Positions 42,806 to 56,241 are shown, numbered from the stretch's first letter. The stretch: DNA of 64,000 nt from Octopus vulgaris (GCA_951406725.2 OX597817.1:175150001-175214000), one strand, 5' to 3'. Notes: a model not told the origin generated them from the sequence alone. Made by a program: numbers and translations.

Positions 42806-43120
42806 CTTTTTTTTTTGTCAAATAAACACATGCACAATATGTTTGTTTTTCACTCATTTATTACTGTTCTTATTTGAACTCGTGTCCATTGCCTGGAAAT
42901 CTTTTGTCATACCTCTGTGACCTCTTCAGCAACACTTTCTGTCTGCCTAGTGGACTAAGCAGAGCAGGAGTACACACGAGGACAGAAAGTGTTGCTGAAG
43001 AAGTCACAGATATGTGACGAAAAATTTCCAGACAATGGACACGAGTTCAAATAAGAACCGTAATAAACAAGTGAAAAACGAATATATAGTGTGTGTGTTT
43101 ATTTGGCAAAAGAAAGAAAG
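42806..43120. mobile_element. Foldback element (arms ~42806-42943 / 42981-43120), probably Penelope-like
   Basis: For example TTCTTATTTGAACTCGTGTCCATTG pairs with CAATGGACACGAGTTCAAATAAGAA. Confidence 0.8.
42990..43034 (+). ncRNA. Minimal hammerhead motif, canonical core
   Basis: UGUUG-CUGAAGA-A-GUCACA-GAUA-UGUGAC-GAAA-AAUU-UC-CAGACA: 6-bp stem II, palindromic stem III AAAUUU, triplet UUC. Confidence 0.75.
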
Positions 43121-43442
43121 AATGTCAACACACGGTTTCACATCAGGAATCTTGCAACACAAATTCTTAAACGTATATATGTGTATGTGTGTAAATAAAT
43201 TATATGTATATATCTATATCATTGTAATCATTATAATTCAGAATACCTGAGGCATATCTAAGGTAACCTAGAGTAATTTATTTACAAGTCTGAACTGTGG
43301 GGGTTGCAGAGGATGAGAGAACCTCTTATTGTTCTCTTAGGTGACCAGAAAAATATTTGGAGATTTGAGTGCTTTCACATCATCAGCAATCTACAGCTAA
43401 AGCTTTCAAATGAATAAGTGTAGATATATCAGTATTATACAC

Positions 43443-43473
<31 letters not shown>

Positions 43474-43525
43474 GGAGAGTATTGTAGTTCACTTGAAGTA
43501 TTGTATATTGTTTGTAAAAAAATAA

Positions 43526-43799
43526 TGTGTCTTGAATGACACAGCAATGTACTATAATATCAAAAATGAACTATAATAACTGTTATAATTTAATCATCCA
43601 CAGTCTGATATGATATTTCGGAATATAAAAATTCCTTCTTCAGATATCCCTAGGAATTGATTGAATCACGGTATGCCTGAAGAAGGAATTTTTATATTCC
43701 AGAATATTATATCATATCAAACTATGGATGATTAAATTATAACAGTTATTACAGTCCATTGTTGTTATTATAGTGTATTGTTGTGCCAGTGAAGACACA
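43526..43799. mobile_element. Foldback element (arms 43526-43643 / 43677-43799), probably Penelope-like
   Basis: AATAACTGTTATAATTTAATCATCCA pairs with TGGATGATTAAATTATAACAGTTATT; CTGAAGAAGGAATTTTTATATTCC occurs on both strands. Confidence 0.8.
43607..43648 (-). ncRNA. Minimal hammerhead motif, canonical core
   Basis: Minus strand GAUAU-CUGAAGA-A-GGAAU-UUUUAU-AUUCC-GAAA-UA-UC-AUAUC: 5-bp stems I and II, palindromic stem III AUAU, triplet AUC. Confidence 0.75.
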
Positions 43800-43834
<35 letters not shown>

Positions 43835-44414
43835 TACATACATATATGTCCAATCCATGCAAGCTGGAACATAGATATTAAATGATGATGATGAGGATAT
43901 GTATATAATAATGGACCCTCCCATCATTAGACGATGTATAAGGGTCTGACAATTTCTTACTGAAACAACCACACATGGGGATTTGTTTATAGTGATCAAA
44001 TGATTGCGTACACATAAGGTCACTCCCTTCATCAAATTGACATTACCTGTACAGGTGCAATGAGTGTCACATGTCAGATGACAAAATGATCACAGAGCAA
44101 TGTGAAATGAAGTGCTTTGCTCTAAAACACAACGCAATACTCAATCTAGGAATCGAATCCACGATCTCACAATTGTGAGTGCAACACCTTAACCACTAAG
44201 CCATTCGCCTTCACATGTATGTATGTGTGCGCGTGTGTGTGTGCGTGTAGATGTGTGTGTGTGTATATATATATATACACACACATACACAAATATATAT
44301 ACACACACACACACACAAATATATATACACACACACACACACACAAATATATATACACACACACACACACACAAATATATATATATATATATATATACAC
44401 ACAGAAATAAATAA

Positions 44415-44518
<104 letters not shown>

Positions 44519-45374
44519 TTCACAGTTAGCTTTGACAGACTTCAGCCATGTCCCTGCTGTATTCTTGGGATATTCTGTTGTTTGTAATATTGTGTTTCAG
44601 CTGATGGTTACGATTTTTTTTGTTTTTTTGTCATGAAGTCATGTTCTCATTCTTCTATTACAAAATGTGTAAGAAACAGCTGTAATTAACTGACAATTAA
44701 CCATCGTCTGTTATTGTTCATTTGTTTATAATATACCAAGAGGATTTATGACTTATTGGACACCCTAAAATATACCAACAACATACCATTCAATGTAACA
44801 CTTACTCTAGGCCAGCCGCTTAATGCTAGATACTCATAAGATTGGGTTTTCTCTTTGTACACAACCAGAATATCCTACTTTCTAACCACAGGCTGGAACC
44901 ACAGGTTTATCCAGCCCTATCTGGTGCATATCTTTTCAAGAACCTGATTCTATCTGAATCCTTCACCTTCCATGCTGGAATGGGTGGAACGGTTTGACAA
45001 GAGCTGGCCAGGCCTGCAACAGACTTCTGTAACTGTTTTGGCTGGATTTTTACAGCTGGATGCCCTTTCTAACACCAACCACCCTGCAGAGTGGATACAC
45101 ACACACACATATATATATATGATATTTATATATATATATATATATATATATGTGCGTGTCAGCATCTGCACTGCTAAATGTAGAAGTCAAAAATACTTCT
45201 GTGCCACGGAATAGTCACAAAATTAATACATGCATGATAGCAAAAAATTCCAGTGAACAATAAAATTGTCTTACCGTTGCTAGGTCAGCAAAAGTAATGC
45301 TGGTTAGTTTGATGTCACAATTTCAAATTTAGCACCAAATGGCACCTGATTCTTGTCAGCCAAACCTGCCTCCC

Positions 45375-45420
<46 letters not shown>

Positions 45421-45461
45421 TATTTATGGATATCATTGTTTTATTTTATTACGTTGACCAG

Positions 45462-45551
45462 ATCTTAGATGATAAACTGGAATGGACTGTTCAACCTAAA
45501 GTGGGTTCGAAGATCAATATTACCCACAAACCTGGTGGTGGAGATAAAAAG
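45462..45551 (+). CDS. tau-like exon F: ILDDKLEWTVQPKVGSKINITHKPGGGDKK (repeat 4)
   Basis: gttgaccag acceptor and AAG|gtaaga donor. 90 nt, phase 0-0. Confidence 0.95.
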
Positions 45552-46233
45552 GTAAGATTCAGTTGATTTACTCTGTTGCATCTCTTTTATTTTGGCGCTA
45601 TTCTTGATAAATAATTCCTTGCTTTCACAATACTATTAATCCTAAATTGCTTCAGTTTCGTATGTTACATATACTGAAAAAATGGAAACATACATCTAGC
45701 GCTGCTGAGAATATGATTCAAAATTTAATAAAATATACTGAATTTATTAGAATCTTAAGGTTGTGATTGAAGTTATACAAATATAATAATAGTAATTTTT
45801 CTTTTATCTTTTATTATTTTCTATTATTTACTTGTTTCAGTCATTATACTGTGGCTATGTTGAGACACCATCTTGAAGAGTTTGGTCAAACAAATCAACT
45901 CTATCTTTTATTTCTAAGTCTAATTACTTATTTTATCTGTCTTTTTTGCCGAACTGTTAAGTTATGAGAATATAGTCAAACCTATAGTAGTTGTGGAGCA
46001 GTAGTGGGAAACAAACACAAAGACACACATACATATGTATGTATATACAAACACACACACACACACACACACAAACAAGCATTGGGCTTCTGCACATTTT
46101 CCATGTATTAAATTCACCTACAAAGCATTGGAAGACACACTCACCCAAAGTGCCACATAGTTGGAATGAATCTAAAACCAAGCAAGGTTGTTAACCTTAC
46201 AGCCATGTGTGTTGTTTTCTTTTCTTACTTTTA

Positions 46234-46856
46234 GGTACAGGCATGGCTATGTGGTAAGACGGTTGCTTCCCAACTACATGGTTCCAGGTTCATCCCACTG
46301 CTTGGCACCTTAGGCTAATATCTGCCACTATAGCTTCGGCTGACCAAAGCCTTGCGAGTGGATTTGGTAGACAGAAACTGAAAGAAGGCGGAAACATTAG
46401 AACGCTGGGCGAAATGCTTAGTGGTATTTCATCTGTCTTTACGTTCTGAGTTCAAATTCCGCTGAGGTCGACTTTGCCTTTCATCCTTTAGGGGTCGATA
46501 AATTAAGTACCAGTTACGCACTGGGGTCGATGTAATCAACTTAATCTGTTTGTCTGTCCTTGTTTGTCCCCTCTATGTTTAGCCCCTTGTGGGCAATAAA
46601 GAAATAAGAAACTGAAAGAAGCTCATTGTATCTATTATTTGTGTGTGTTTGTCCCCTACTGCTGTTTGTTGACTAGTGCTGGTGTGTTTATGTCCCTGTA
46701 ACTTAGCAGTTCAGCAAAAGAGTCTGATGGAATAAATACCAGGCTTTAAAAAAGAAATTATAAGTACTAGGGTTGATCCATTTGACTAAATATTCTTCAA
46801 GGCAATGCCCCAGCATGGTCACCACTGAATGACTGAAATGAGTAAAAGATAAAAGA
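46234..46856 (+). mobile_element. SINE family A interrupted by a family B-headed SINE (46388-46606)
   Basis: 15-bp TSD AGAAACTGAAAGAAG at 46373-46387 and 46607-46621. Confidence 0.88.
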
Positions 46857-46865
46857 TTCTTTTAA

Positions 46866-47056
46866 CTCTTTAGCATTCAGATAATTCTGTTAAACGTAAA
46901 GCTTATTCATTCACATTATTTTTTAATTATCTTGTAGCTTGAAGACTTTGACGATGTAGTAGTTTATTTTTAGAATGACACTGTAGGGTAGATGTGAGGG
47001 GCCAATCTGGCCAGTCTGAACACAAAGCAAGTAGACTGGTCTAAATGCTAAAGAGT
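46866..47056. mobile_element. piggyBac-type MITE
   Basis: TTAA|CTCTTTAGCATT ... AATGCTAAAAGAG|TTAA. Confidence 0.7.
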
Positions 47057-47645
47057 TAAATGAGTGGAAATGTTGAGAGCTTTTATGCCAAACATTATAT
47101 TGCTAATAATAATGATTGTTTTCTTTAACACCAGCAGCTACAAATTGGGGCTTTTCTAATATATTTTGCAGTGTTTCGCTATTAGCAGTGTGGTTTTTTT
47201 TTTTTTTTTTTAATTTTGACTTCAACAAAAGCAACAATACTAAAAATGTATGATTGGATTAATTAATCTTTGTTTTAATTCAGGACAAAAATTCAAGATT
47301 AATTTGCTTATATAATTCACATTTTATTCGGAAAGAAATTTGTTTGTGATTAGATATTTTTTTTCTTTTTACAATTAGTTAAATTTTAACTAATATCGTA
47401 TAAGCAAATATTTTTGTCATAAAACTTAGATTTTGCACTAATTATGTTGCCCCATAAAAATTTGTAGATAGTTTAATAAAATAACATCTTGTCTGAATTA
47501 TATATTTTATTTTCTCAAATTCAAACCATTTAGTGATGCTCAGTAAACTCAAAGAAAGGAAAAAAAAAAAAAAAACAGTTATTTTTTTTTTCTTACTTGC
47601 ATCTTCATAATTAGGCATATTCTGTAATTTACCTCCCTAATTCAG

Positions 47646-47735
47646 GTATTGGATGAGAAAGTAGAGTGGAATGTTCAGCCAAAAGTTGGCTCCAAGGATA
47701 ATATTACTCACAAACCAGGTGGTGGGGATAAGAAG
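47646..47735 (+). CDS. tau-like exon G: VLDEKVEWNVQPKVGSKDNITHKPGGGDKK (repeat 5)
   Basis: ctaattcag acceptor and AAG|gtgagt donor. 90 nt, phase 0-0. Confidence 0.95.
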
Positions 47736-48719
47736 GTGAGTAGGTTAGAACCAGCTTGACTTTGAACTTCCATTTGTTTCTCAAGAGTCAGCATACCTTT
47801 TTTGGACTGCAAAAAATGTTCCAAATGTGTATATGTATGTAATTATGCATTTATGTATGTACATATATGTATGTGTGTGCATGTGTGTGTAACTGCAAAA
47901 GAAAACACCTCAATCTGTCAAGAGTTACCACTAGCTTTGTAACTGCTTGTTTGATATTTCTCTGGACAATTGCTTTGGATTCAACCACAATTGATCCGAT
48001 ATCATTGTAGCTTGTCTTGTTGCAAATGCATATGCAAACAGAACTAATTGTTTTGTTTTAAATGAAAAGAAAATGAAACAAACCCTACATTTTGTGAAAA
48101 GGCAAGTAGTAAGTAATCTTAAAGATATTAAAAGAGTCATTAATATTTGCTACTGGCTTTATATTCTGAGGTGAATGGAATGGTTAATGAATTCACTAAA
48201 TGGTTCCTACTTACATGGAGTAATATAGTTTTTTTCTTCTATAAAATAGGAAACTAATTTTCTTTTTATTTGTGTATAAAATTCTGGCATGTGATTTTGT
48301 TTTTGATCTTGAATTAATGTTGTTTTTGTTGTGTTGGTGCAATGATAATCTTTTTTTCCTATGGTTTTCTGCATTATGCAGTTTTACTGTAATTTACCTG
48401 GAGTAGAAACAGAAACTCTGGGAAACATTTTATATCAGATATACTACTGATATATACTTCACAAATTGCACCTGGTGTTGTTTTTAACTTGTTTTCAAAG
48501 TAGGTGGACATAAAAAGTATCGATGAATTAAACACATTGAACAGATTCTGTACATATTGAAGTGCCTCCCAATGAATAATGAAGAAATCGGTGCATTGTA
48601 TTACATGAACCGATTTCTTCAGAAATTTTCATTATTCAAATATCAAAACATTTTCATTTCACTTCTTGCGACATCTTCAATGAGTTAAGCATATTCTTTA
48701 ATTTACCTCCCTAACTCAG

Positions 48720-48809
48720 GTAATGGATGAGAAAGTAGAGTGGATTGCTCAGCCAAAAGTTGGCTCCAAGGATAATATTACTCACAAACCAGGTGGTGGG
48801 GATAAGAAG
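48720..48809 (+). CDS. tau-like exon H: VMDEKVEWIAQPKVGSKDNITHKPGGGDKK (repeat 6)
   Basis: ctaactcag acceptor and AAG|gtgagt donor. 90 nt; differs from exon G at 3 nt. Confidence 0.93.
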
Positions 48810-51800
48810 GTGAGTAGGTTAGAACCAGCTTGACTTTGAACTTCCATCTGTTTCTCAAGAGTCAGCATACCTTTTTTGGACTGCAAAAATTTCCCAAATG
48901 CATCTCTTCTGATAAATGTATTTGTATTATATATACATATTTATTTATTTATAAATATATGTAATCACAAAATAAAATACATTGATTTATCAAGTGTCAG
49001 CATGAAAGTTTTGCAACTCTGCTTATTTGATATTTCTTTGGACAGTTGCTTTGGTTCTGGCCCAATGATTTAATATCATTGTGGGTTGCAATGGTGCAGT
49101 TGCATATACATTTAGAACAGATAAAACAAAATGGTAAAAAAAAACATGCCCTGCATTTTGAATAACAAATAAGTAATAAGTGGTCTTGAAGACTTTTGCA
49201 TTTTCGTCAGTAAATCTTCATAAGTTCAAGGAAACATTAGCATTTTCGATTGGGTTTTACATTCTGAAGTGAATCAAATTAATGAATTCACGAAGAGTTC
49301 AAAGCCAAAATGGTACATACTTACTTGTAATGATATAAATATTTCTTCTGTAAAATGTGAAATTATTTTCTTAATATTCCTTATATTTGATTGCAAAATA
49401 TTATGTTGCATGCAATTTTGAATTAATGTTGTATTTGTTGATTGTGTTAGTGCAATGATGCCTTTTCTTTTTTTTTTGTGTGTGTGTGTCTGTGATTTTC
49501 TGTGTAATGCAAGTTTTATTGTAATTTACCTGCATTAGTAACAGAAACTCTTGTAATCATGTCAAATATAGTATTAATGTAATCTTTGTGAATTGTACCT
49601 AGAGTGTTAGAGTGTTGTTTTTTTTTATATATATGTCATTTATTCTAGAATAGTTGGACAAAGTAAAAAAGATGTGTGAAATAAGACAATTAACAGATTC
49701 TGTCGTGCACTGAAGTATTATCAAAGATAACACATGCATTTATTCACTATATTTTATTATTAGATTTTCAGAACATGTTCATCACCCTTTCTGTAATCTT
49801 TTCAATAATCTATGTTGCGACTAATTCCAACAACAAAGAAATCAGTGTGTGTGTTACTTTGTCAGCATTCCAATGTGCTGTGGAATCTATTCATTGTTTA
49901 CTTTGTTTCAACATATAGAGCCGTAGAAATACATCCAAATGAATGCAATATTTATATTCATGTTGCTGTTGTTTGACTATCTTTAGCTACTTTTATAGCT
50001 ATAAATATGCTCTCTTTACTCTCATTTGAGTTCTAAGCCGTCTGTTAGGCAGTATTTTATATTGAAATATCCTAAAGCTGCTATATCTTGTTTGCGTTGG
50101 ATTGCAAAACTGTCAGATGCCTGTTCCAGTTCTTTGTGTTCTGACAGAAATGCTTGCAACAACACTGGTGCCAAGCTGTATCAGCCCAATTTGGCAACTT
50201 TTCCCTCGGATAAACATCAAAGGTATAGAGTGGTGGGGAGGATACAGTACATACATGTACCAAGGTATGGTAACTGTTGACTGATGGTAGTCCTCTGAGT
50301 GCACTTACATTTAAGATTTTAGCACAGTCCATAGATATCAATTATTCTAGTGTTATAATTTTATATTTCATAGTTGATCTACTGTTAAGGTCTTATATCT
50401 ACTTTTTGATATGTTGTCATGTAAATTTTTTTTAATTTTAATTTTAGTTCTGTTGATGCTAACTTTTTTATATTTCTTATATTTAGTACCTTATTAAAAT
50501 TCATAGAATTCAAAATTTATTTTTGACAAAATCAGATATCCATTAAATCTATATTATACCAAATTTAGAAACATTTGAAGAATTACTATCATTTACTACT
50601 AAAATATATATAATTTTAGCATAATTCGGTATAATTGTCCTTGATATTTATTTTTATAATTCTTAATTGATTTTATGTTACACTGTGAATTTGGAGAAAT
50701 AGTTTACATATAATTTTTACTTAACTCTTAAGGTCCTACAGTGCTTTCGCTATATAAATATCCTGTGAGAAGTTAGAAGTTTTGATGAAATACAGCCAGC
50801 CCAATATAATAGTCATAAAAATATAACTATTGCATGAATTTGAATGGCATATGATTATAGGATATGATGATTGTTAGTGTATATTGTAAACGTGATTTTT
50901 ACTTGTTGTCATGCCTTTTCACTTGCCCAGGTAGGATGAATATGGGTAGCTGATTAAACATAGGTGTTTTTTCACATATATTTACAAGATATTTCCTTAG
51001 TATCGATTTCCAGTCTCAGAGCTGAATTTGTGAGTCAGTTGTCTCTGTGACTTGGAAACTGCACAAATCCCTCTCTGATACCTTCATCTCTTCCATTGAT
51101 GGACTGACAGTGGCGTTGCCCTGTTGACTTGCATAAATTGTGGTCTCATCATTCATTCTGATAGATGTTTATTCAGGAAAAACCAAAGTTAAAGAAAATA
51201 CTTGATGTTCTAAATTCAAAGATTTTGAAGGACCAACATTACACCTGCAATGACTAATTCTGAGATCACTTACTCCTACTCAGAATCAGTAAATCCCAAT
51301 ATCACTTAGATTAATGGTGTGTAGAGATGACTCTGAAATATCACTGATTATCTCCTCCGAATCCAAGCTTTCTTTCTCTAAATCCTTAATGAATAATAAT
51401 AAATAAGTCATTATTGAATAATATCACCTAATTCTAAGTCACTGACTGAGGTATTAATTGCCATAATGTTTTGTCAGACATTCACTCTGTTTACTGCAAA
51501 AAATAATAATAAATAAATAAATGTCTGTAGTGCAAACTGGAAGATTTTTAATAAGATATTTCTAAAATCTGGTGATATGTCCAAGAAGGTAACTAGAAGG
51601 GAGTACGGAGACAGGACAATTGACCGGGATGGGCAAGTTTGCAAGCATGTGAAGGGAGATCAAAAGATGGAGATAAGCATGGAGTGGAAGTAGTGAATGG
51701 TGCACAGGGGTATAAGAATTGATGGTAAACATTCATTGGGGAAGCAATAAAAATGATGAACTGATGTCAGTTGATGTAACTGAGAGGAAAGGAGAGGGTG

Positions 51801-52320
51801 AGTGGCAGTATAGAAATGGTTTGTGGTAACGTTCTGGTTTCATTACTTACTGCATCAGAATAATACAGAAGAAAGGAGAGTGATGCAAGGATCAAGTGCT
51901 AAAGAGATGAGGGATTGGGCTAAAGATTGCATTTGTAGGGATAAAAAAGGGGTGGGCAATGGTAAAAAAAAATTTTGTAAAATATGGGTGGGGGACTAGA
52001 AAGATACATTGCATATATGCTAGTCTTTTCTTTTAATTGCTTTGTAAACTCTATGGTTACCTATGATGCTTAATCAAAATTTATATTGTGCCTTCATGAA
52101 AATATTGCTAAAATTAGTTTGAAATTGATGTTGAAACCTACAGTATCTCTTGAACAAATGAAAAACGTATTTAAACACAGCACTTGCTGTAAGTTGGAAA
52201 GAGATCTTGTGAAAAATGTAAAGCTTTGAGAAAGATATTTAAAAATTCCATAAAATCAATGAAATTCAGAATTCAACTTAACTGTTTTCTCCTATCACTG
52301 TCATATATGTAACTGGCAAA

Positions 52321-52356
<36 letters not shown>

Positions 52357-52507
52357 TATACACCAATATTTTTCTGTATATAAAAATGGCAATCATAGGT
52401 AAACAACTATCACTTAGAGTTAAGATTCAGAATTAGAAATAAAAATTTCGATGCTGTCCGTTTATAAAATAAAGTGTATATATGTATGTGTGCATATATA
52501 TATATCT

Positions 52508-52860
52508 GTATGTATGTATGTATGTATGTATGTATGTATGTATGTATGTATGTATGTATGTATGTATGTATGTATGTATGTATGTATGTATGTATGTATG
52601 TATGTATGTATGTATGTAGGTAGGTAGGTAGGTAGGTAGGTATGTATGTATGTATGTATGTATGTATGTATGTAGGTAGGTAGGTAGGTAGGGTATGTAT
52701 GTATGTATGTATGTATGTATGTATGTATGTATGTATGTATGTATGTATACATACATACATACATAAATACATACATACATACATACATACATACATACAT
52801 ACATACATACATACATACATACATACATACATACATACATACATACATACATACATACAT
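52508..52860. repeat. (TATG)n/(TAGG)n followed by inverted (CATA)n tetranucleotide array
   Basis: Orientation switches near 52748. Confidence 0.95.
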
Positions 52861-53673
52861 GTATGTATGTGTATATATGTGTGTGTGTGTGCATACATGT
52901 ATATCTATGTGTGTATTTATGTATTTATAGATATATATTTATATTCCTAAATGTATGTATGTTCATGTGTGTATCACATGATATGTGATCAACCAGATTA
53001 TCAGCTGTTATTATACATCACTAGTCACAATACACTTTGCATCGTTCTAGCTTTCGAATGATGCCATCTCACTGAGTAGGCAAGCAGGCTATGTATATAT
53101 ATATATATATTTATATATCCATGCACACATACAAACACTCATATCATGTATATATGTCTTACAATCTTGTTTTAGAAGTTTTTTAAACTGAATTTCCCTC
53201 TAAAACTATATACTTCAAAACGAAAATATATAAGAAATGGAATCCCAAAACTATTAATTCCTATATGATGTTACACCTATAATTGATATGCACTCTTTTC
53301 TATCTTCTCTATTTACTAATATTGGTTCTTGCAGAAAACCTATTATTTATTTGTTCTTGCGGTGCTGTTGATGTTGTATTGCACTTCTATTGACTGTTTT
53401 TCTTTCACATCTCTAATCTTATTCTTCTTTTGGGAAACTGGCCTTTCTACTTTCCTTCTTTTTAAAATTTTCTTTTAATTAACTGTAAATTTCGTACCAA
53501 TTATAATCTTATTAACTTACAGAAAACTCATAAAAGCTTAAATATTTTTGCTTTCTTCTTTTTTTTCTTCCACCTGGAATTTAATTTCATTTCATTGTCT
53601 TTTATTCCAAAATATCGTTTGATGATCTCTGAAAATTATTAACTTTTCATTTAACTTGTTGTAAATAACATAG

Positions 53674-53763
53674 ATTGAAGACCAGAAATTAGAATGGAAA
53701 GCTGGATCCAAAGTAGGATCTAAAGACAACCTGAAACATGTACCTGGCGGTGGAGAAATTAAG
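53674..53763 (+). CDS. tau-like exon I: IEDQKLEWKAGSKVGSKDNLKHVPGGGEIK (repeat 7)
   Basis: aacatag acceptor and AAG|gtaagc donor. 90 nt, phase 0-0. Confidence 0.95.
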
Positions 53764-53904
53764 GTAAGCAAAATTCCCTGAAATAATGGAAGAGTCTAAA
53801 AATGATTTTTTTTATTAGTATTCATTTGTTTAATCATCTTTGTTTCAGTTATGACATCAATGTTATGTGTATTGTTGTTGTTGTTGTTATTATTGTTATT
53901 ATTA

Positions 53905-54297
53905 AGGCAGCAAGCTGGCAGAATTGTTAGAACATCAGGTTAAATGTTTAGTAGCATTTTGTCTGTCTATATGTTCTGAATTCAAATTCACCCAAAGTTG
54001 ACTTTGCCTTCCATCCTTTCAGGAGCAATTAAATATGTACCAGTTTAGTACTGGTGTTGATATAATCCACAACTATCCCCTCCCACCCACCAAAAAAAAA
54101 AAAATTTCAGGCCTTGTTCTAATTGTAGAAACAATTAATTGAAGGCAGTGAGCTGGCAGAATCATCACTGCCCCACACAAATTGGTTAGCAGCCCTTCTT
54201 TTGGTTCTATATTCCTAGTTCAAATTCCACTAAGGGTCAATGTAATTGACTAATTCCCTCTCACAATATTTCAGGCCTTGTGCCTGTTATGGAAAAG

Positions 54298-54354
<57 letters not shown>

Positions 54355-54570
54355 GTTATTGTTATTATTATTATTATTATTAATTAACATACTGGCTAAA
54401 TCATTAGAACATTGCAGAAAATGCTTAGCAGTATTTATTCTGGTCTTTTACATTCTGAGTTCAGTACACACCGATGTCAACTGTGCCTTTCATCCTTTCA
54501 AGGTTGATAAAATATTCTATATCAGTCAAGTATTGGGGGTGGGTGGGTCTGTGATAATGATTGACTAAAA
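53905..54570 (+). mobile_element. Three tandem SINE family B copies separated by (TTA)n
   Basis: Repeated GGCAG..AGCTGGCAGAA heads and TTTGCCTT.CATCCTTTC cores. Confidence 0.8.
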
Positions 54571-56115
54571 CTACTATTATTATCATTATTATTTTGATAC
54601 TTTAGGATATCTATGTTTTGTACTAATGGTGTTTATTTTCTTCATAGTTATAAGCTATTGCTATTTTTCATTTTTTTTTTTTGTTGGAGGTGGGATGGCA
54701 GATAATTTATTTACAGAGAAATTCCAGACCATATCAATTTTTGCTTTTTATTCAATAGCCCAAGAAAATAAAAGAATCAGACCCGCTCGAGTCGTTTAAA
54801 CATACAAATTTAATTTATCTCATATTTTATTGCTACTAATTCCTGTTTTGATGTATTGCTTGTAATTCACGTTTTACAGATTTGATTTGTTATAGCTAAC
54901 TAAAATTAACAAATAATCTATTTTTGAAAAGCCAAATAAATGAATTTAGTAAAATGTATTTATTCACAAAAAGAACTTCTTTCCTCACAAAGATTCCATT
55001 TAGACAGTTTCTGTTTCCTTTCCCATTTTCTTTTTAATGCTCAAGTGTCTGCTGTTCTATGCTGGCATTCCTTAATAGTGCTACATTTTTATTTTAATCT
55101 ATTAGAATCAATAGATTGGGCACGTTTTCTAAAATGTCTATCTTCTTTTTAAGTTTTTAACAGCACTCAATTAGATTTCTGTTCCCAATTTTATTTTGAA
55201 TTGGCGGAATCTTTGTATTAGCATGAGGTGTGTGGTATCTTTATATTAATTTTTAAATAGCTTCACTTGCTGTTTATACTTCAGCTCATGGAAATGGTGT
55301 TGTTTTATATTTTGTTGTAAGTTAGATATGTCTATTTTGAAATTTTCCTCTCCTGGGTTGTGTTTATTATGGGATTTCTAATTTAGTTCATTTGATGCCT
55401 TTCTTCATTTCCCCCTTTTTTTTTGTTTAAATTAAATATATAGTACAATTTGCCTAATATGAAATTTCTTCCAATATTTTTTTTAATAATTTTTCCTTTA
55501 TATTACTAAGAACAGTTAAGTTTATAAAATGAGTTCTGTAACTCTTTCAAGAAATTTTACTATTTTACATTAGTAATACAACACATAACTGGAGTTTACT
55601 TTGGTTTCATTAAAAGAAAGGAGAAACAAGTTGTCATTTATTGTTCTTTGTTAATCTTTGAGAATGATTTATGAATTTGTTTATTCTTCAGAATAATTTG
55701 TTATTCTTTAGAGTGACTGTAGACCCATTAGAACTGTCCCCCAACACCTATTTTGTATTTCTATTCAGTTTCATGTTTTGAAATGGAACTAGGAAAATAT
55801 CCTCTTGTCTCTCAAATTATTTTATAGTTGGTTGGTAGCCACAATGAAACTATTCTGGTAGGAATTTTCTTTGAGGAATTTCATATTATTTTCATTTCAA
55901 TAAATGTCCATTGTTACTTTGGTTATCTTGACAAATCGAACATGTACTCACAAGTGAAAACTACTTAAGGATCAAATATTATTATATAATGTACTAAAAC
56001 TGCTGAGTTCTATTTCCAGTGAAAATAAGTCTATTTATTTATTGATTTTTATACTGAGGAAACATCCTTTGAAGCTGTCAGTTATCTGTTAATAAAAACT
56101 GTTGGTTCTCTACAG

Positions 56116-56241
56116 ATTCCATCGCAAAACGTTCTTGGAAAGGAAGTTGACTCAAACGTTGGTTGTATTAGTGACGAAGACCACCAAGCTGTTGGTGGTA
56201 TTGCATCATCTCCTCCTCCTCCTTCTTCTTCACTACCACAG
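56116..56241 (+). CDS. tau-like exon J: IPSQNVLGKEVDSNVGCISDEDHQAVGGIASSPPPPSSSLPQ (degenerate repeat plus Pro/Ser tail)
   Basis: ttctctacag acceptor and CAG|gtaaca donor. 126 nt, phase 0-0; aligns loosely to the repeat (S.VG....H...GG). Read-through stays open to TGA at 56386-56388. Confidence 0.7.

Larger units (their letters stand above)
47610..49720 (+). repeat. Tandem duplication of an exon plus intron unit (~1.07-1.15 kb x2)
   Basis: Shared GCATATTCT.TAATTTACCTCCCTAA.TCAG acceptor region, near-identical exon and ~80 nt of donor-side intron, and later collinear blocks (TTGATATTTCT.TGGACA, TAATGAATTCAC, GTAATTTACCTG, AACAGATTCTGT). Confidence 0.92.

Noticed and set aside
49720-53600. Search for a third copy of the duplicated repeat exon
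   Set aside because: No further KVGS/PGGG-coding sequence was seen by eye.
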